A stretch of 64,000 bases of DNA from Ascoidea asiatica JCM 7603 (taxonomy: Eukaryota; Fungi; Ascomycota), in assembly GCA_001600695.1 (NCBI GenBank), contig BCKQ01000003.1:353849-417848 (forward strand). The letters are read 5' to 3'. How positions within the stretch are numbered: position 1 is the stretch's first letter; every line of letters starts with the position of its first letter. Under the pieces are notes generated by a model. That model did no database searches and was not told where the DNA came from. It worked only from the letters and a program-made list of their open reading frames with translations. The position numbers and the translations under genes were made by a program. Below, one piece after another: positions 24,886-38,001 of this stretch.

Positions 24886-27800
24886 TTAAATAACTAATCT
24901 ACCATTATTTGTAATTTCAATCTTCAAACTATTTAACAAATTTGAAACTTCTGGAGTCTTACTTATTTTAACATTTCCATTAATATTTCCAATAACAGTC
25001 CCATTCATATTTCCATTTCCATTTCCATTAATATTTCCATTACTTTTAATATAATTTGAGTTTCTAATTGGTGTTGATGAAGATATCATTGCTTGTTTTA
25101 AATCTTTAACTTTTGGTGAATTATATTTACTACTAGAAATTCTTGATGATGGTCTACGCAGCATTGATTTATTAAATGATAATGGAAATGAATTTAAACT
25201 CAGATTTTCCATTAATCCTCCACTTGAAATTGGTGGTAATAATTTTCCATTAGAATATCCACCAAAATTCTCTGATGATGATCCTAATATTGAATTATTT
25301 CCACCAAATCTTGTATTCAAAAATCTGTTACTACTATTATTTCCATTATTATTGTTATTAATACCATTTCCATTTAAATTTCCATTTCCATTAGCTCCTC
25401 TATTATGAAAGAAATTATTTCTTGGATTTTTATAATCTGATAATTCAATTGTTGAATCAATCCATTGTAAAGGAATTTCTGAACTTAAAACTTTTAAATA
25501 ACTATCAAAATCTTTTCTATCATAATTTAAATTTCTTAAATTATCAATATTAATATTTTCAACATCTTCTAAATATTCTCCCATAATTTCAGAATCTAAT
25601 TTAATTGATTGATACCAATAATTATTAACAACTCTATATTTAATTCTAATTAAAATATCTTTTAAAAATGGTGTCATTGGATGTTTTAAATCTCTTAAAT
25701 TTGTACTTGAATTTGAAATATTTGAATTTTTTTCTTTTAATAAATAATTTTGATCATATTTAATTAAATATTTAACACTAAAATATAAAAATAAATATCC
25801 AATAGAATCTTTTAATTTTTCAATTATTGAAGGTTGAACTAAACTTAATGAAATTTTATCATTTTTATCTTGAATATAATCAATAATAAATTGCCATTCA
25901 AAAAAAAATGAAATACCATTTGAAATTGAATTTATACCAAATTTTTCAATAATTAATTTTAAAATTAAAATAATTTTATTAATTAATTTATTTAATTTAA
26001 ATAAAATTTTTTCATTATCAAAAATTTCTGCTAATTTTAATATTGAACCAGTTTCTAATTTAAGTAAATTTTTAAAAAATTTATCAATTGACCAAAAAAA
26101 ATTAATTAAAGGATTATTAACATTTTGAATAAATTGATGATAATTTGGTATTAATAAATCATTATCATTATCATTTAATTCAATTTTAATATAATTTAAA
26201 AATAAATCTGCAAAATTATTTTGAATTAATAAATTATTTTCAAAATTTAATTTATTATTATTATAACTAAAACATGAAAAACAATCATTCCATAATTCAA
26301 TTGAAGTATTTGATCTTTGAATTGAAGATGTTGAATTTTTTGAAGATTTTTTTAAAACTTTTTTAATAATTTTAATTAAATTTAAAATACAATTTTTATT
26401 GAAATTAATTTCTTCAATTGAAAGTTCATTATAAATTAATTCATTATTACTTGAATTTTTTGAAGATATTTGATCTTGATTATGATTATCATGATTTTCA
26501 ATTGAATTATTATTATTATTATTTGGAGATACTGAATTTGATAATGGATGAATATTATTTTGAGTTGTTGGAGTTGAAGATAAATTTAATAAAGAATGAG
26601 TTAAAGATGCTTTACTTACACCTCTATTTCTTGAAGAAATTAAATTATTATTATTGTTATTGTTATTGTTATTATTATTATTAGGAGTATTAAGATTTGA
26701 AGTTGAATTTATTATTATTGGATCTAAATCAAATAAAGATTGATTTGATTTTTTTAAAAGATCAGATAATTTTAATAATAATTCATCAATAATATCAGAA
26801 ATTTGATCATGATAATAAATATGAGTTGATAAACAACTTATACAATTTGTATAATTATTAATTAATTGAATTGCTAATTTATTTTCATCTGAGATTTGAA
26901 TATTTAATTTATTTAAGTTTGATTCAATATCAATATCTGAGTTTATATCATTTTCATTGTCATTATCAGTATCTAGGTTTGAATTTAAATTTGAATTTGA
27001 ATTTAAGTATGAGATTACTGAATCATTATCAGAATCATTTGTATTATTGTTATTGTTATTGTTATTATTTGTAAGATCATTTAAATTTAAATCAATAATA
27101 TTAAAATTATTATTAATATTATTTAAAGATAAATCATTATTAATTTTTAATAAAATTTTCATTTGTAAATTTAATAATTGTTTTAAAACATCAATAACAG
27201 ATAAACCAATCATATTAACAGAAGAAGATAATAAACCAGAAATTGAATAAGATAAATAAATTTGATAAGTATATTGATTAATTAGATTTGATTTTGAATT
27301 TGAATTTGAATTTGAATTTGAATTTGAATCGAAAGTTAAATCATTTTTTAATTCATTCATTAGAATATTTAAGATTATGAATCTTAATTGAACAGGAACC
27401 CAATAAGTTATAATTTCAATAAGATATTTAAACCAAATTTTATTTATTTTCGTATTTAAATTTTTGTTATTATTATTATTATCGAGTAGATTGTTTTTTA
27501 AGAATTGACAAATAACTTTTGTACAAGAAGATATATTAAAATTGATTGAAGTATTAAAATAAGATTTCAAAGCATTTTTAGCATTTTCTTGTTCTTTGAT
27601 TAAAGATAAATCATTATCATTCATATCATGAATTGAGATAGAATTCTTTAAGTTATTATTATTATTATTATTATTGTTGTTGTTGTTGTTGTTGTTGTTA
27701 TTGTTATTGTTATTGTTATCATTAATATTATCATTATTTTTTTCATTATTATTATCTATATCCTTGATATTATGAATTGAAGATTGATTTGTTTTTGATT

Positions 27801-28578
27801 GAGATATGATACTTTTTCTTTTATTTTTATTTAAGATTAATTGTTGTTGTTGTTGTTGATCTAATTGATTAAAATTTGAAAATAATAAATTTTTTAAATC
27901 TTTAATTTTATAAGTTTTTAATAAAGAAGATAAAATTAAATTAAATGAATTTTTAATTATAATTTCACCAAATGAATTATTATAACCAACTATATTACTT
28001 AAATATTCAGTTGAATTAAGAGATATTATTTGCCAATTTATATTATTGTTATTATTATTATTGTTGTTATTGTTGTTATTGTTTGTTGTAGTATTGGCGG
28101 TTGAATTTTTTTTATTGACATTTAAAAAAAGTTCAGTTAAATTTAAAAAATTTTTAAGAAAATCTCTATCACCATTAAATAAATCATTATTTAAATTTAA
28201 ACAAAATTTTTTAAATAGAGATAAAGACATTAAATTTAAATTTAAATCATTATTAATATAATTATTATTTAAAATAATTTTTAAAATATTTATAATATTA
28301 TTTGAAAAAATATTTAAATTATCATTACATTTATCAATTAAGAAATTTAAAATTATTAAAGAAACTTGTAAATTACCAATTCTTTGATGATAAGAATCTT
28401 TTTCAACTTTTTTTTCAATAAAATTACCAATTTTAACTAATTTAATTCTTCTTGTTGAAGAATAATATAATAAATAACTTAATTCAGATGAATTTGGTTT
28501 TTTATCAATATTACGACCAGGTGGATAACATTGTAATATTAATTTTTGATGTTTTGGTACAAATAAATGTTTTGACAT
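24886..28578 (-). CDS. EFR3: Stt4 PI4-kinase complex scaffold Efr3
   Basis: PKHQKLILQCYP...KPNSSELSYLLYY.STRR.KL.K.G; W.PVQLRF; VNMIGLSVIDVL; L.THIYY.DQ..D. Confidence 0.95.
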   Translation of the reverse strand: MSKHLFVPKHQKLILQCYPPGRNIDKKPNSSELSYLLYYSSTRRIKLVKIGNFIEKKVEKDSYHQRIGNLQVSLIILNFLIDKCNDNLNIFSNNIINILKIILNNNYINNDLNLNLMSLSLFKKFCLNLNNDLFNGDRDFLKNFLNLTELFLNVNKKNSTANTTTNNNNNNNNNNNNNNINWQIISLNSTEYLSNIVGYNNSFGEIIIKNSFNLILSSLLKTYKIKDLKNLLFSNFNQLDQQQQQQLILNKNKRKSIISQSKTNQSSIHNIKDIDNNNEKNNDNINDNNNNNNNNNNNNNNNNNNNNNNLKNSISIHDMNDNDLSLIKEQENAKNALKSYFNTSINFNISSCTKVICQFLKNNLLDNNNNNKNLNTKINKIWFKYLIEIITYWVPVQLRFIILNILMNELKNDLTFDSNSNSNSNSNSKSNLINQYTYQIYLSYSISGLLSSSVNMIGLSVIDVLKQLLNLQMKILLKINNDLSLNNINNNFNIIDLNLNDLTNNNNNNNNNTNDSDNDSVISYLNSNSNLNSNLDTDNDNENDINSDIDIESNLNKLNIQISDENKLAIQLINNYTNCISCLSTHIYYHDQISDIIDELLLKLSDLLKKSNQSLFDLDPIIINSTSNLNTPNNNNNNNNNNNNNLISSRNRGVSKASLTHSLLNLSSTPTTQNNIHPLSNSVSPNNNNNNSIENHDNHNQDQISSKNSSNNELIYNELSIEEINFNKNCILNLIKIIKKVLKKSSKNSTSSIQRSNTSIELWNDCFSCFSYNNNKLNFENNLLIQNNFADLFLNYIKIELNDNDNDLLIPNYHQFIQNVNNPLINFFWSIDKFFKNLLKLETGSILKLAEIFDNEKILFKLNKLINKIILILKLIIEKFGINSISNGISFFFEWQFIIDYIQDKNDKISLSLVQPSIIEKLKDSIGYLFLYFSVKYLIKYDQNYLLKEKNSNISNSSTNLRDLKHPMTPFLKDILIRIKYRVVNNYWYQSIKLDSEIMGEYLEDVENINIDNLRNLNYDRKDFDSYLKVLSSEIPLQWIDSTIELSDYKNPRNNFFHNRGANGNGNLNGNGINNNNNGNNSSNRFLNTRFGGNNSILGSSSENFGGYSNGKLLPPISSGGLMENLSLNSFPLSFNKSMLRRPSSRISSSKYNSPKVKDLKQAMISSSTPIRNSNYIKSNGNINGNGNGNMNGTVIGNINGNVKISKTPEVSNLLNSLKIEITNNGRLVI

Positions 28579-28808
28579 TGGAATTATTATAATTCTTTGA
28601 CCTTTTAATCAATTGATATAATTGATGATTATTTGATTATTTAAATATTTATTCAAATATTGAAGATTTTGTTCATTTTAAAGCCAAATCATGAAATAAA
28701 TGAAATATCAAACATTGCTGATTTTAGAGTCAATTAAAGTTTAAAAGGGCAAATCCGGGCATATCGGAATGTAAATACATTTCCATTCACCGGTTATTAT
28801 AATCCGCA

Positions 28809-28915
28809 GTAATTACCAACTTCACGGATCTACCAACCATTAGGTTCTACCAGTGTAAAGGATCTACCAAGAATTTGGATCTACCAATGGGAAGGATCTA
28901 CCAATTATGGGGATT
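28809..28915 (+). repeat. 17-bp-period array: GGATCTACCAA core plus variable 6-bp spacer
   Basis: Cores start at 28826, 28843 (GGTTCTACCAG), 28860, 28877 and 28894; degenerate copies at 28809 and 28911. Confidence 0.9.
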
Positions 28916-29939
28916 TAATAGTCTTGTGGCTGTGTGGGTGGCAATCAATGTGGCGTTACTTTTCCTAGTATTCCAAAAGAAAAAGAAGATATTTTTGTGT
29001 TGGCGCCAGGAGCTGAGCAGGTGAGCAGCGGAGCGAGCTTTCTCGGCTTTCAGAGAGAGAAGCGACTGCTCACTGGCACTGGCACTGCTCTTACTGCTAT
29101 TACTGCTACTGGCTGGGAACGTTACTGATACAGGCTGTTAATAGCTAACAATCTGACAATATCTGAATATTTAACTACTTAATACTTAATACTTAATACT
29201 TAGTACTTAATACTTAATACTTAATACTTAACACCACTATCAATCACTTAATAATCAATCAATCTTCAATCTTCAATCTTCAATAATCAATCAGTCAGTC
29301 AATAGAAAATCGAGTATCAAATCAAATATACAAAATAATCATATATCAAATTAATATTAAATCAATATTAAATCAATATTAAATCAATATTAAATCAATT
29401 AGATATAATTCAAGAGTATCATTATCATCTATCTGGGATACAAGATATACTAATCATTCCAGACATTCTGGATATATTTCAATCGATTCAGATACTTCTC
29501 ATTCAATTCGAGTTTTGATACTTTACATTCAATTACATCCCTCAATTTATCTTTATAATAATAATTATAATATATCCCCTAATATATTTCACATTTTATT
29601 ATTTCATATCATATAATATTATATTATATTATATTCAATCCATTGCATTCCATTTAAATTCAAATAAGTGTTACAGTTATAATCCCAAGTATAGTTACAG
29701 TTATAGTTATAGATCAAGTTAAATTAGTTCAATTATATTAATCATATTTTCATAAATGATAAATTCAATCAAAAGTTTCAAAAGTTTCAAAAAATATTAA
29801 TTAATATCAGAAATTAAAATAATTTATTACAAAAAATTAAAAAAAAGAAATAAAATTCTATTGAATAAAAGAAAAAAAACATTTAAATTTTTATTATTTA
29901 AAATAATTACTTTGTGTTATTATTCATTACTCTTTAATT

Positions 29940-30242
29940 ATGGGACAGTCTTTAAGTAGAGCTTTATCAAATAATCATTCAACTAATACTGTAACTAATA
30001 ACAATAACAACAATAGCAATATTACTAATACTAATAGTTCTAATAATATTAATAGATCCGTCAAAGGAAATAGAAATAATAGAAATAATAGAAATAGTAA
30101 TTTAATTAATAGAATTAGTAATAATATTTTAAATCTGAATCATAATAGTAATCAAACAAATACAATGAATTCAAGTATGAATTCAAATATAGATTCAAAT
30201 AATTTATCTCATCCTAATAATAATCAATCAATAGATAACAAC

Positions 30243-30283
<41 letters not shown>

Positions 30284-33200
30284 AAGTATTGATAATGATT
30301 CAATTACTTTAACTCCATCTTTAAGAAGAAGAAGACATTCTTCTTTAAATGATATTCCAACTTTAAATAATTCAATTTCTTTAAATGATTCAAATAATCA
30401 ATCAACAAATATTATTAATTCAAATGATACCAATAATAGTAATTCAACTAATTTTGTTTCAACAGTTTCAAGAAGAAGAAATTTAAGAAGAAGATTAACA
30501 AATGTAATAAGTAATTTATCAAATTCAAATACTATCAATAATAATATACCACCTTCAAATTCAACTCAAACTGTAAATTCATTACCTACAACATTATCAA
30601 ATTCAACAAGACAAAAATCATCAAAAAATAATAAATCTAAATCTAAATCTATAAGACCTCCAAGAACTCCTCCAAGACTTAGATCAAGATCAACTCGTTC
30701 AATATCTTCAATAAATCCATTAAATATTATTGCTCAAAATTCTTCAATTCATTCAACTTCTTTAATTCAACCATCTCAATCAAATAATTCAAATAATTCA
30801 AATCAATCACTTTTTGTTCATCCATTTCGTTCAAATCCTTCAAATCCTACAATTAATTCAAGAGCTTCAAGTGTTTTAAATGGTAGAACTTTAAATACAA
30901 ATATTAGATCTAATTTTAATCCATTATTAGCATCAGATTTAAATCTAGTAAATGATAATAATAATGATAATAATAATAGTAATACTAACATTAATAATAA
31001 TAATAATAATAATAATCCATCTACTCATTCAACTCATCTACAATCAATATTAAGAAGTTTAAGAAATAGTCATTCAACAAATCTTTCAAATGAACTTAAT
31101 CAACAAAATTCAAATCTTGCAACTACAAATACAAATAATTCAATAAATTCTATAATTTCAACTAATTCAAATCATTCAAATCATTCAAATAATACAAATA
31201 ATTCAAATAATTCAAATAATTCGGGTTTTAGATTACCTAGATCAAGAAATTCAAATACAAACTTAAATTCTAACTCAGTTCCAGATACTAATACAACAAA
31301 TGATAATAATTTACCACCTTCAACTTCAAATACATCTGTTCCAAGATTACCAAATGATTTACCTGCTTCTGAATCTTTTCAAGCAAGAAATTCAGAATCT
31401 TTTATAAATCAATCAGAAATGTTAAGTAGATTATTAGAAATTGCTGCAACTTCAACTTTATTAACCATGGTTGGTGGTACTTCTATTTTACATGGTACAA
31501 GAATAGATAATAGAAATTTGGTGAATAATAATAATAACAGAATTACACAAACTAATTCTAGAACCAATAATAATTCAAATAATTCTACAAATACTACAAC
31601 AAATAATCAATCAAATAATACTACAAGAAATGTTGATAATTCTCCAATGCGTTTAGTTTCTAATTCAATTTCAAATATAATGAATAATAATATTACATCT
31701 TCAAATGATGCTGATGGAAGTGATTCAACTTTTCAAGAATTTTTAGATGCTTTACATAATGGTTTATTAGCAAATGAATTATTAAATAGTGTTAGAAATT
31801 CTATTATTAGAAGAAATAGACAATCTGATACACCAAATAATACTTCAAATAATACTAATACATCAACCAATAATACATCAACTAATAATACATCAGTTAA
31901 TAATACATCTCAGAATATTGCAAGTAATTCTGATCAAATATTATTAGATGGTAATTCTAATAATAATAATAACACTAATAATAATAATAATATTAATAAT
32001 AATAATAATATTACCAATAATGTGAATACTTCAATTCCCCAGTCTACAGACAATTCTATACCACCTATAACTTTAACAACAGATTCCATTTCAATTGAAT
32101 CTCCACCAAATCAACCAATGTCCTTTTTTAGAGCATTTAGATTTGATTCAAATATAGAACAAAATCAAGCAGAACCTCATTCAGTTCCAGTGATCATTGT
32201 AGGTGTTCGATCTATACCTCCAGGTTCAAGAGAAGATGAAACTAGAACTAATATTACTACTACCACTAATACTACAGCAGGACCTATACATGAACCTTTA
32301 TTAAATAGAAATACTACTAATACTAATATTAATTTAACAAGTGGAACTTCACGAAATGAAAATATGGTTCCTCAAACAGTTTCTATAAGTGCTCAAGAAG
32401 ATTTAAATAGTGGTAGAAGAAGAGGATTACGTTCACTTTATTCTAATAGTAATTCTAATAGGCGTTTTAGTCGAAGACATCTTGGTTCGAGTGATACCAG
32501 TCTGAATGATGATGATGATGATGATGATGACGATGATGACGATGATGATGCTGCCATTTCTAATTTACCTACTTGGGGAAGAAGGACAAGAAGAAGAGCA
32601 ATGAGAATTCCACGTCATACTGGAATACCACATAGACCTTTAAATTTTGCTGCTGAAAGAGACGATAGAATTCATTTAGCAAATTCAAGATCTTCAGATT
32701 CAATTTCTCGTGAACAAGCAAGACAATGGGTTATATTTGTTGTTGGAAATTCATTTCAATCAGATCATCCAATATTGACAGCTCCTTCATTAATGTCAGA
32801 AAATCCAACATATGAAGATTTATTAGCTTTACAAAATTTATTAGGAAATGTTAAACAACCAACTGCTAGTCAATCAGAAGTTGATGAAGCTGGTGGTTTA
32901 GTTAAAATAATGGTTCGAGCTTCAAAAATTCAAAATTCATCAACAAAAAATTCATTAAAAAGTACAGAACTGAATCAAGAACGTCCTGGATTAGATTCTG
33001 AAGTATCTACATCATCAATATCACAAAATGGAAGTATTAATGGTAATGGTAAGAAAAGAATTTCATCATATATTTCTAATAAATTTAAAAAAAATAAAAC
33101 TAATTTAGTTTCATCAGATACTAAAAGAAATTTAAGAAATAAAGAAGGATTAAAAGATGATTTAAATATAAATGGAATTAATAGTAAAAATTTAGAAAAA

Positions 33201-33539
33201 TCAGAAGATTCAGATTTCTCAAAAGTTAAAAAATCAAATGAAACTACTACTATAAAAAATGAAGAAAAATGTACATTTGTTAATAAAACTGAAAAATGTG
33301 CTATATGTTTAACAGAATATGAAACAGGAGATATTGGTAGACGATTAAATCAATGTGATCATTTATTTCATAAGGATTGTATTGATCTTTGGTTAACCAC
33401 AGGTAAAAATTCATGTCCATTATGTAGAACTAAAGGTGTAAATCAAAATCAAGAATCTACAATAGGAAATTCAGGTTCAACAAATAATTTAGTTTCTAGT
33501 ACAACTACAACTACAACTACTACAACTCAACGTTTATGA
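29940..33539 (+). CDS. Large N/S/T-rich protein with C-terminal RING-H2 finger (putative E3 ligase)
   Basis: CAICLTEY...CDHLFHKDCIDLWLTTGKNSCPLCR; ENPTYEDLLAL..LLG.VK block; MGQSLS N-terminus is a possible myristoylation site. Confidence 0.85.
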
Positions 33540-33860
33540 ACATATTTTTAAGAAAAATAAGAAAAATTAGAATCAATAATTTATTTAAATTTTTTTTTTT
33601 TTTTAGCATATTTACAAAGTTTAATCACATTTTTTTTATTAGTTTTTATTTAATTTTTTTTCATTATAAATTTTTAAATTGATCAACACTTTTTTGATAT
33701 ATAATAATGATTTTAAACTTAACTTTGGATATAAATTAGTGCAATGGTTTATTTATATTTTTATATTTTTATATTTTTATATTTTTATATTAATACCCCA
33801 ATAAATGATAATAAGTAATAATAATAAGTAATAATAATAAGTAAAAGTAAATTTATTTAA

Positions 33861-34475
33861 TTAATCTTCTAATAAATCTTTTATATCATCAAGATCTTCA
33901 TCATATTGATTTGAAATTTGATTAATTTTTGCTAAATTTCTTAAAGTTTTAATATTTTTTTTATTTTGTTCTTTTGTTTTTTGACCCCAAGCAAAACCTG
34001 AACTTGAAGAATTTTTAGATTGTTTATCACTTTCATTATCACTATCACTATCACTTTCATTTTCATTTTCACTAGATGAATTTTCATTATTATTATTGAA
34101 TAAAGTATCTATTTCATTTACATAATTTGGATCATTTTTTAATTTTTTAATTTCTTCAGAAGTCATTAAATTTTTTAAATTTTTTAATTTTTTTAATTCT
34201 TTTAAATTTTTTTTATTATTTTTTTTTAAATTTTTAATTTTTTCAGGATTATTACTTACAATACTTAATTTTGCTTTATTTTGTTGAAATTTTAAAAATA
34301 ATCTTCTTAAGAAAATATATGAAGAAATAATTATAATTAATCTAATAAATTTAAAATAATTTAAATTTAAAATTTCTATTGGTAAATAATTTATAATTAA
34401 ATTAAAATAAAAATCAGGTATATAAATTTGAAATTGATATAAGATATCATTTAAATTTGAAGTTGAATTTAACAT
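33861..34475 (-). CDS. PGA2: ER trafficking protein Pga2
   Basis: FIRLIIIISSYIFLR TM segment, GFAWGQKT motif, C-terminal DI.DLLED. Confidence 0.8.
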   Translation of the reverse strand: MLNSTSNLNDILYQFQIYIPDFYFNLIINYLPIEILNLNYFKFIRLIIIISSYIFLRRLFLKFQQNKAKLSIVSNNPEKIKNLKKNNKKNLKELKKLKNLKNLMTSEEIKKLKNDPNYVNEIDTLFNNNNENSSSENENESDSDSDNESDKQSKNSSSSGFAWGQKTKEQNKKNIKTLRNLAKINQISNQYDEDLDDIKDLLED

Positions 34476-34935
34476 TTTTTGATTAAATGATTTATTATAT
34501 TTAAGATATTGTTTATATTTATTTGATGATTATTTTTGATTATGTTTATATATATGATTATATTTCATATTCTATTTCATAATCTATTTCATAATCTATT
34601 ATTTATTGTATTTTAAACGAATTTAATTAAAAAATAATTTTTTTTACCCAATAAAAAAAACCGGGAAGGTTCGAAACAGTTGAAACGAGCGGAAACGGGG
34701 CGGAAGAGAGAAAAGAGCGGGGCCTTAAGAAAATGAAAAGAAATAAAAGAAATATTTTAAGAGATTGAATAATTTATTGAATAGTTTATAGAAGAGTAAT
34801 TATTTATTGGAGACAGATTGAGTATATACAGAATAGTAAATTAATGAAATAGAAATAGAAATATATAGAAGATTAATGATAATGAATAGAGAAAGAAGTA
34901 AGTAAAATGAGTAAAATACATAATGATAATTGTAC

Positions 34936-35265
34936 TTATTTTGTAGCAGAGACTAAGTAAGTGATTAAATCATTTCTATCTTTATCTTTCTTTAAACCAC
35001 CAAAGGCCATTTTAGTACCTGGAATATATTTCTTTGGATTGACGAGATAATCAGACATTGTTTGTTCACTCCATAAGACATTTTTATTGATATTTGCATC
35101 AGTGTATGAAAACCCAGCAGCTTTACCTGAATGTCTGCCAAAGATTCCATGCAAATTGGGACCAACTTTGTGAGGGCCTCCTTCGTTGAGAGTGTGGCAT
35201 TGCAAGCATCTGGTTTTGAAGAGAGTGGCTCCCTTTTTGGCACTTCCTTTTTTGAATTCACCCAT
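34936..35265 (-). CDS. CYC1: Cytochrome c
   Basis: [16 protein letters not shown] (CxxCH), [25 protein letters not shown]. Confidence 0.98.
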   Translation of the reverse strand: MGEFKKGSAKKGATLFKTRCLQCHTLNEGGPHKVGPNLHGIFGRHSGKAAGFSYTDANINKNVLWSEQTMSDYLVNPKKYIPGTKMAFGGLKKDKDRNDLITYLVSATK

Positions 35266-35922
35266 TTGCAGCAGTAGCAGTAGCAGTTGCAGTAGCAGAA
35301 GCAGATATATTTGAAATACACAAAAAGAATAAATATAACAGAGATAATAAAGAATAGAACAGAGAATAAATGAGAAGTGATGTTCAGCAGTGGCCAGTTC
35401 TCTATCTTCATTTCTTCATTTCTTCATTTCTTCATTCACTGCTTCCTTTGCTGGTTATTTATAACAACCTCGATTTTGTACCACTTCAAACTGCTCAACC
35501 ACTTCAAAGGCCTCCCACAGCCCGCTGACAAAGACAAGCCACGGAAGCAGGCTGCATCGGGACACTGAACACCAAAAGAAGGCCGCGTGGCAGTGCTATG
35601 GTGCGGATGTTGACCTTTCCGGGGCCTGTCATTGGCTGCTGCCACGGAACTGCGCGGATGAGTTTCATTATTTTTGGTTCGTGACTGTGCCACGCCGCCG
35701 GTTACATACTCGCCATGAAGTGGCTCAGTCAGGTCACCAACGCAATATTGAAACGGCGCAATACTGGCACGACGCAATAATGCCACGCAAAACCAGACCC
35801 CGAAGGATTTAAAGTTACCTACAAAAAGAATTAAAATACAAATATAAATATAAATATGAATATAAATATGAATATAAATATGAATATATTACACAAATGT
35901 CATTATTATTATCATTATTATC

Positions 35923-35955
<33 letters not shown>

Positions 35956-35959
35956 GTCA

Positions 35960-37149
35960 TTACCAACCAAATCTTAATTGAGATGCTGTAAAAACTGGTG
36001 GTTTCCAAATTAATTTCTCTGGATCAATATTATGACGATTTTTTTTCTTAAATTTTTCATATTGTTCAATAACTTGAATTGTTAAACAAATAATATGTTG
36101 ACCTTTATAATATCTTAACATATTTAATGATTGTAATGTATGTAAAATATCTGCTGTTGTCATTGAAGTTATTGAACTAATTTCATCAATTGTTATATCT
36201 TTACAATTTTTTTCAAATAATATATTTATAATTCTTTCACTCCAAAATGCTCTATATGATAATAATCCTAAATCTGATAATGGTTTTTCTGGGGATCCAA
36301 CTTTATTTTCTCTTTTACTTAATTCATATGAAAATTCAATTAATAATTTACCAAATCCTAATCTTTGATATTGTGGTAATGTTAAAATACATGCTAAATT
36401 ATAATTTTCTGCACTTTCTTTTTCTTTTGAAAAATATCCAACTAAATGATATCCAAATTTATCTCTTATACACATACAATAAAATAAAAATGGATCAACA
36501 TCATAATATAATGTTTTATGATCTAAAAATAATTTACTTAATAAACAAAGATTTCTACAATATTTTCTTTGTTTTTTACCATCAATTTCAAAAAATGAAA
36601 TTTTTAAATCTCTATAAATTTCATTACCTGGTGGATGTCTTAATGTACATTTATTTCTAAATCTTTCAAATTGTTTTTTTGATCCAAAATAATTTAAACT
36701 ATATTCACAAATAAAAATTTCTTCTTCTTCTGTTAATTCAATTGGATATGGTGAAAAATACCATGGTTCAACTTCATGATTACCAATAATAACTTTATTT
36801 AAATTTCGAATTTTTGAAACTTCTAAATGATTTTGTGCCATTGATCCACCTGATCTTAATTTTTCAATTTCTTCATTTCTTGTTAATCCATTTTTTAAAT
36901 TTAATCCTTGTACATCAATATTATCTAAATCCATAATATCTGTATTACTACCATTAGATTTACTTAAACTTATTGTTGAATCATTAAAATCATTATTAAT
37001 AATATTTAAACTTGTTGAAGATTTTATATCTAAAATTTTAGAATTTTGATTATGTTTTGAATTTGATTTAAAATTTTTTGAATTTAATTTTTTTTTCTTA
37101 GATTTTGATTGATTTTTACTTTTTCTTTTATTTCTACCATTACTTTGAC

Positions 37150-37201
<52 letters not shown>

Positions 37202-37798
37202 TAAAATATCATTTGAATTTATTGTTGGTATATATCTTTTATTCAGATTAATCTTAGATATATTAATCCATTCATCTAATCTTTTATTATAACCTTGATA
37301 ATGAACATAAATTTCAACTTTACCCTTTTTAAAATGTTTTGATAAAATTTCAGTAATAATTTCTTTATTATCTTTAATTACATAATATTTTGAACCAATA
37401 ATAATATCTTCAATTTTTACTGAAGTATCAAGTTTAACTTCTTTTATTTCTTCAATATCATCATTATTATCTTTTTGATTTTCAATATTTTCAATATTTT
37501 CAATATCTTCAATATCTTCAATATCTTCAATATCTTCAATATCTTCAATATCTTTAATTTCTATAATTTCAGGAATACTTTGAATATTTTTAATTTCAAC
37601 TAAATCTAAAGATTTATCATCAGATTCCATATTTATATCTTTCATTATAGTATCTTTAATATCTTCAATTTTTATTTTATCTTCATTTTTTAAATCATCT
37701 TCAATTTTTATATTCATTTTATTATTATTTTTACTAATATTATTGGTATCATTAGAATCATTTGTATTACTAATATTACTTATAGAATTACCTTTCAT
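35960..37798 (-). CDS. ESA1: NuA4 MYST histone acetyltransferase
   Basis: Tudor-knot [14 protein letters not shown]; PWYFSPYP; [18 protein letters not shown]; [11 protein letters not shown]; C-terminal [10 protein letters not shown]. Confidence 0.97.
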
Positions 37799-37970
37799 TA
37801 TAAAAGTACCACTAATTTACTTTAACTTGTTTTAACTTGTTTTAATTTGTTTTAATTTTATTATGATTAAAATAGAATAGAATAGAATAACTAGATAAAT
37901 ATCATTCCACTGCTTTTTTCAAATAACATAACTACTTTATTATTATTCTTTCTTTATCACTTTGTTATTT

Positions 37971-38001
<31 letters not shown>

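Noticed and set aside
28809-28915. The 17-bp array as a true CRISPR
   Set aside because: Eukaryotic locus, 11-bp repeat and 6-bp spacers are far too short, and there are no cas genes.
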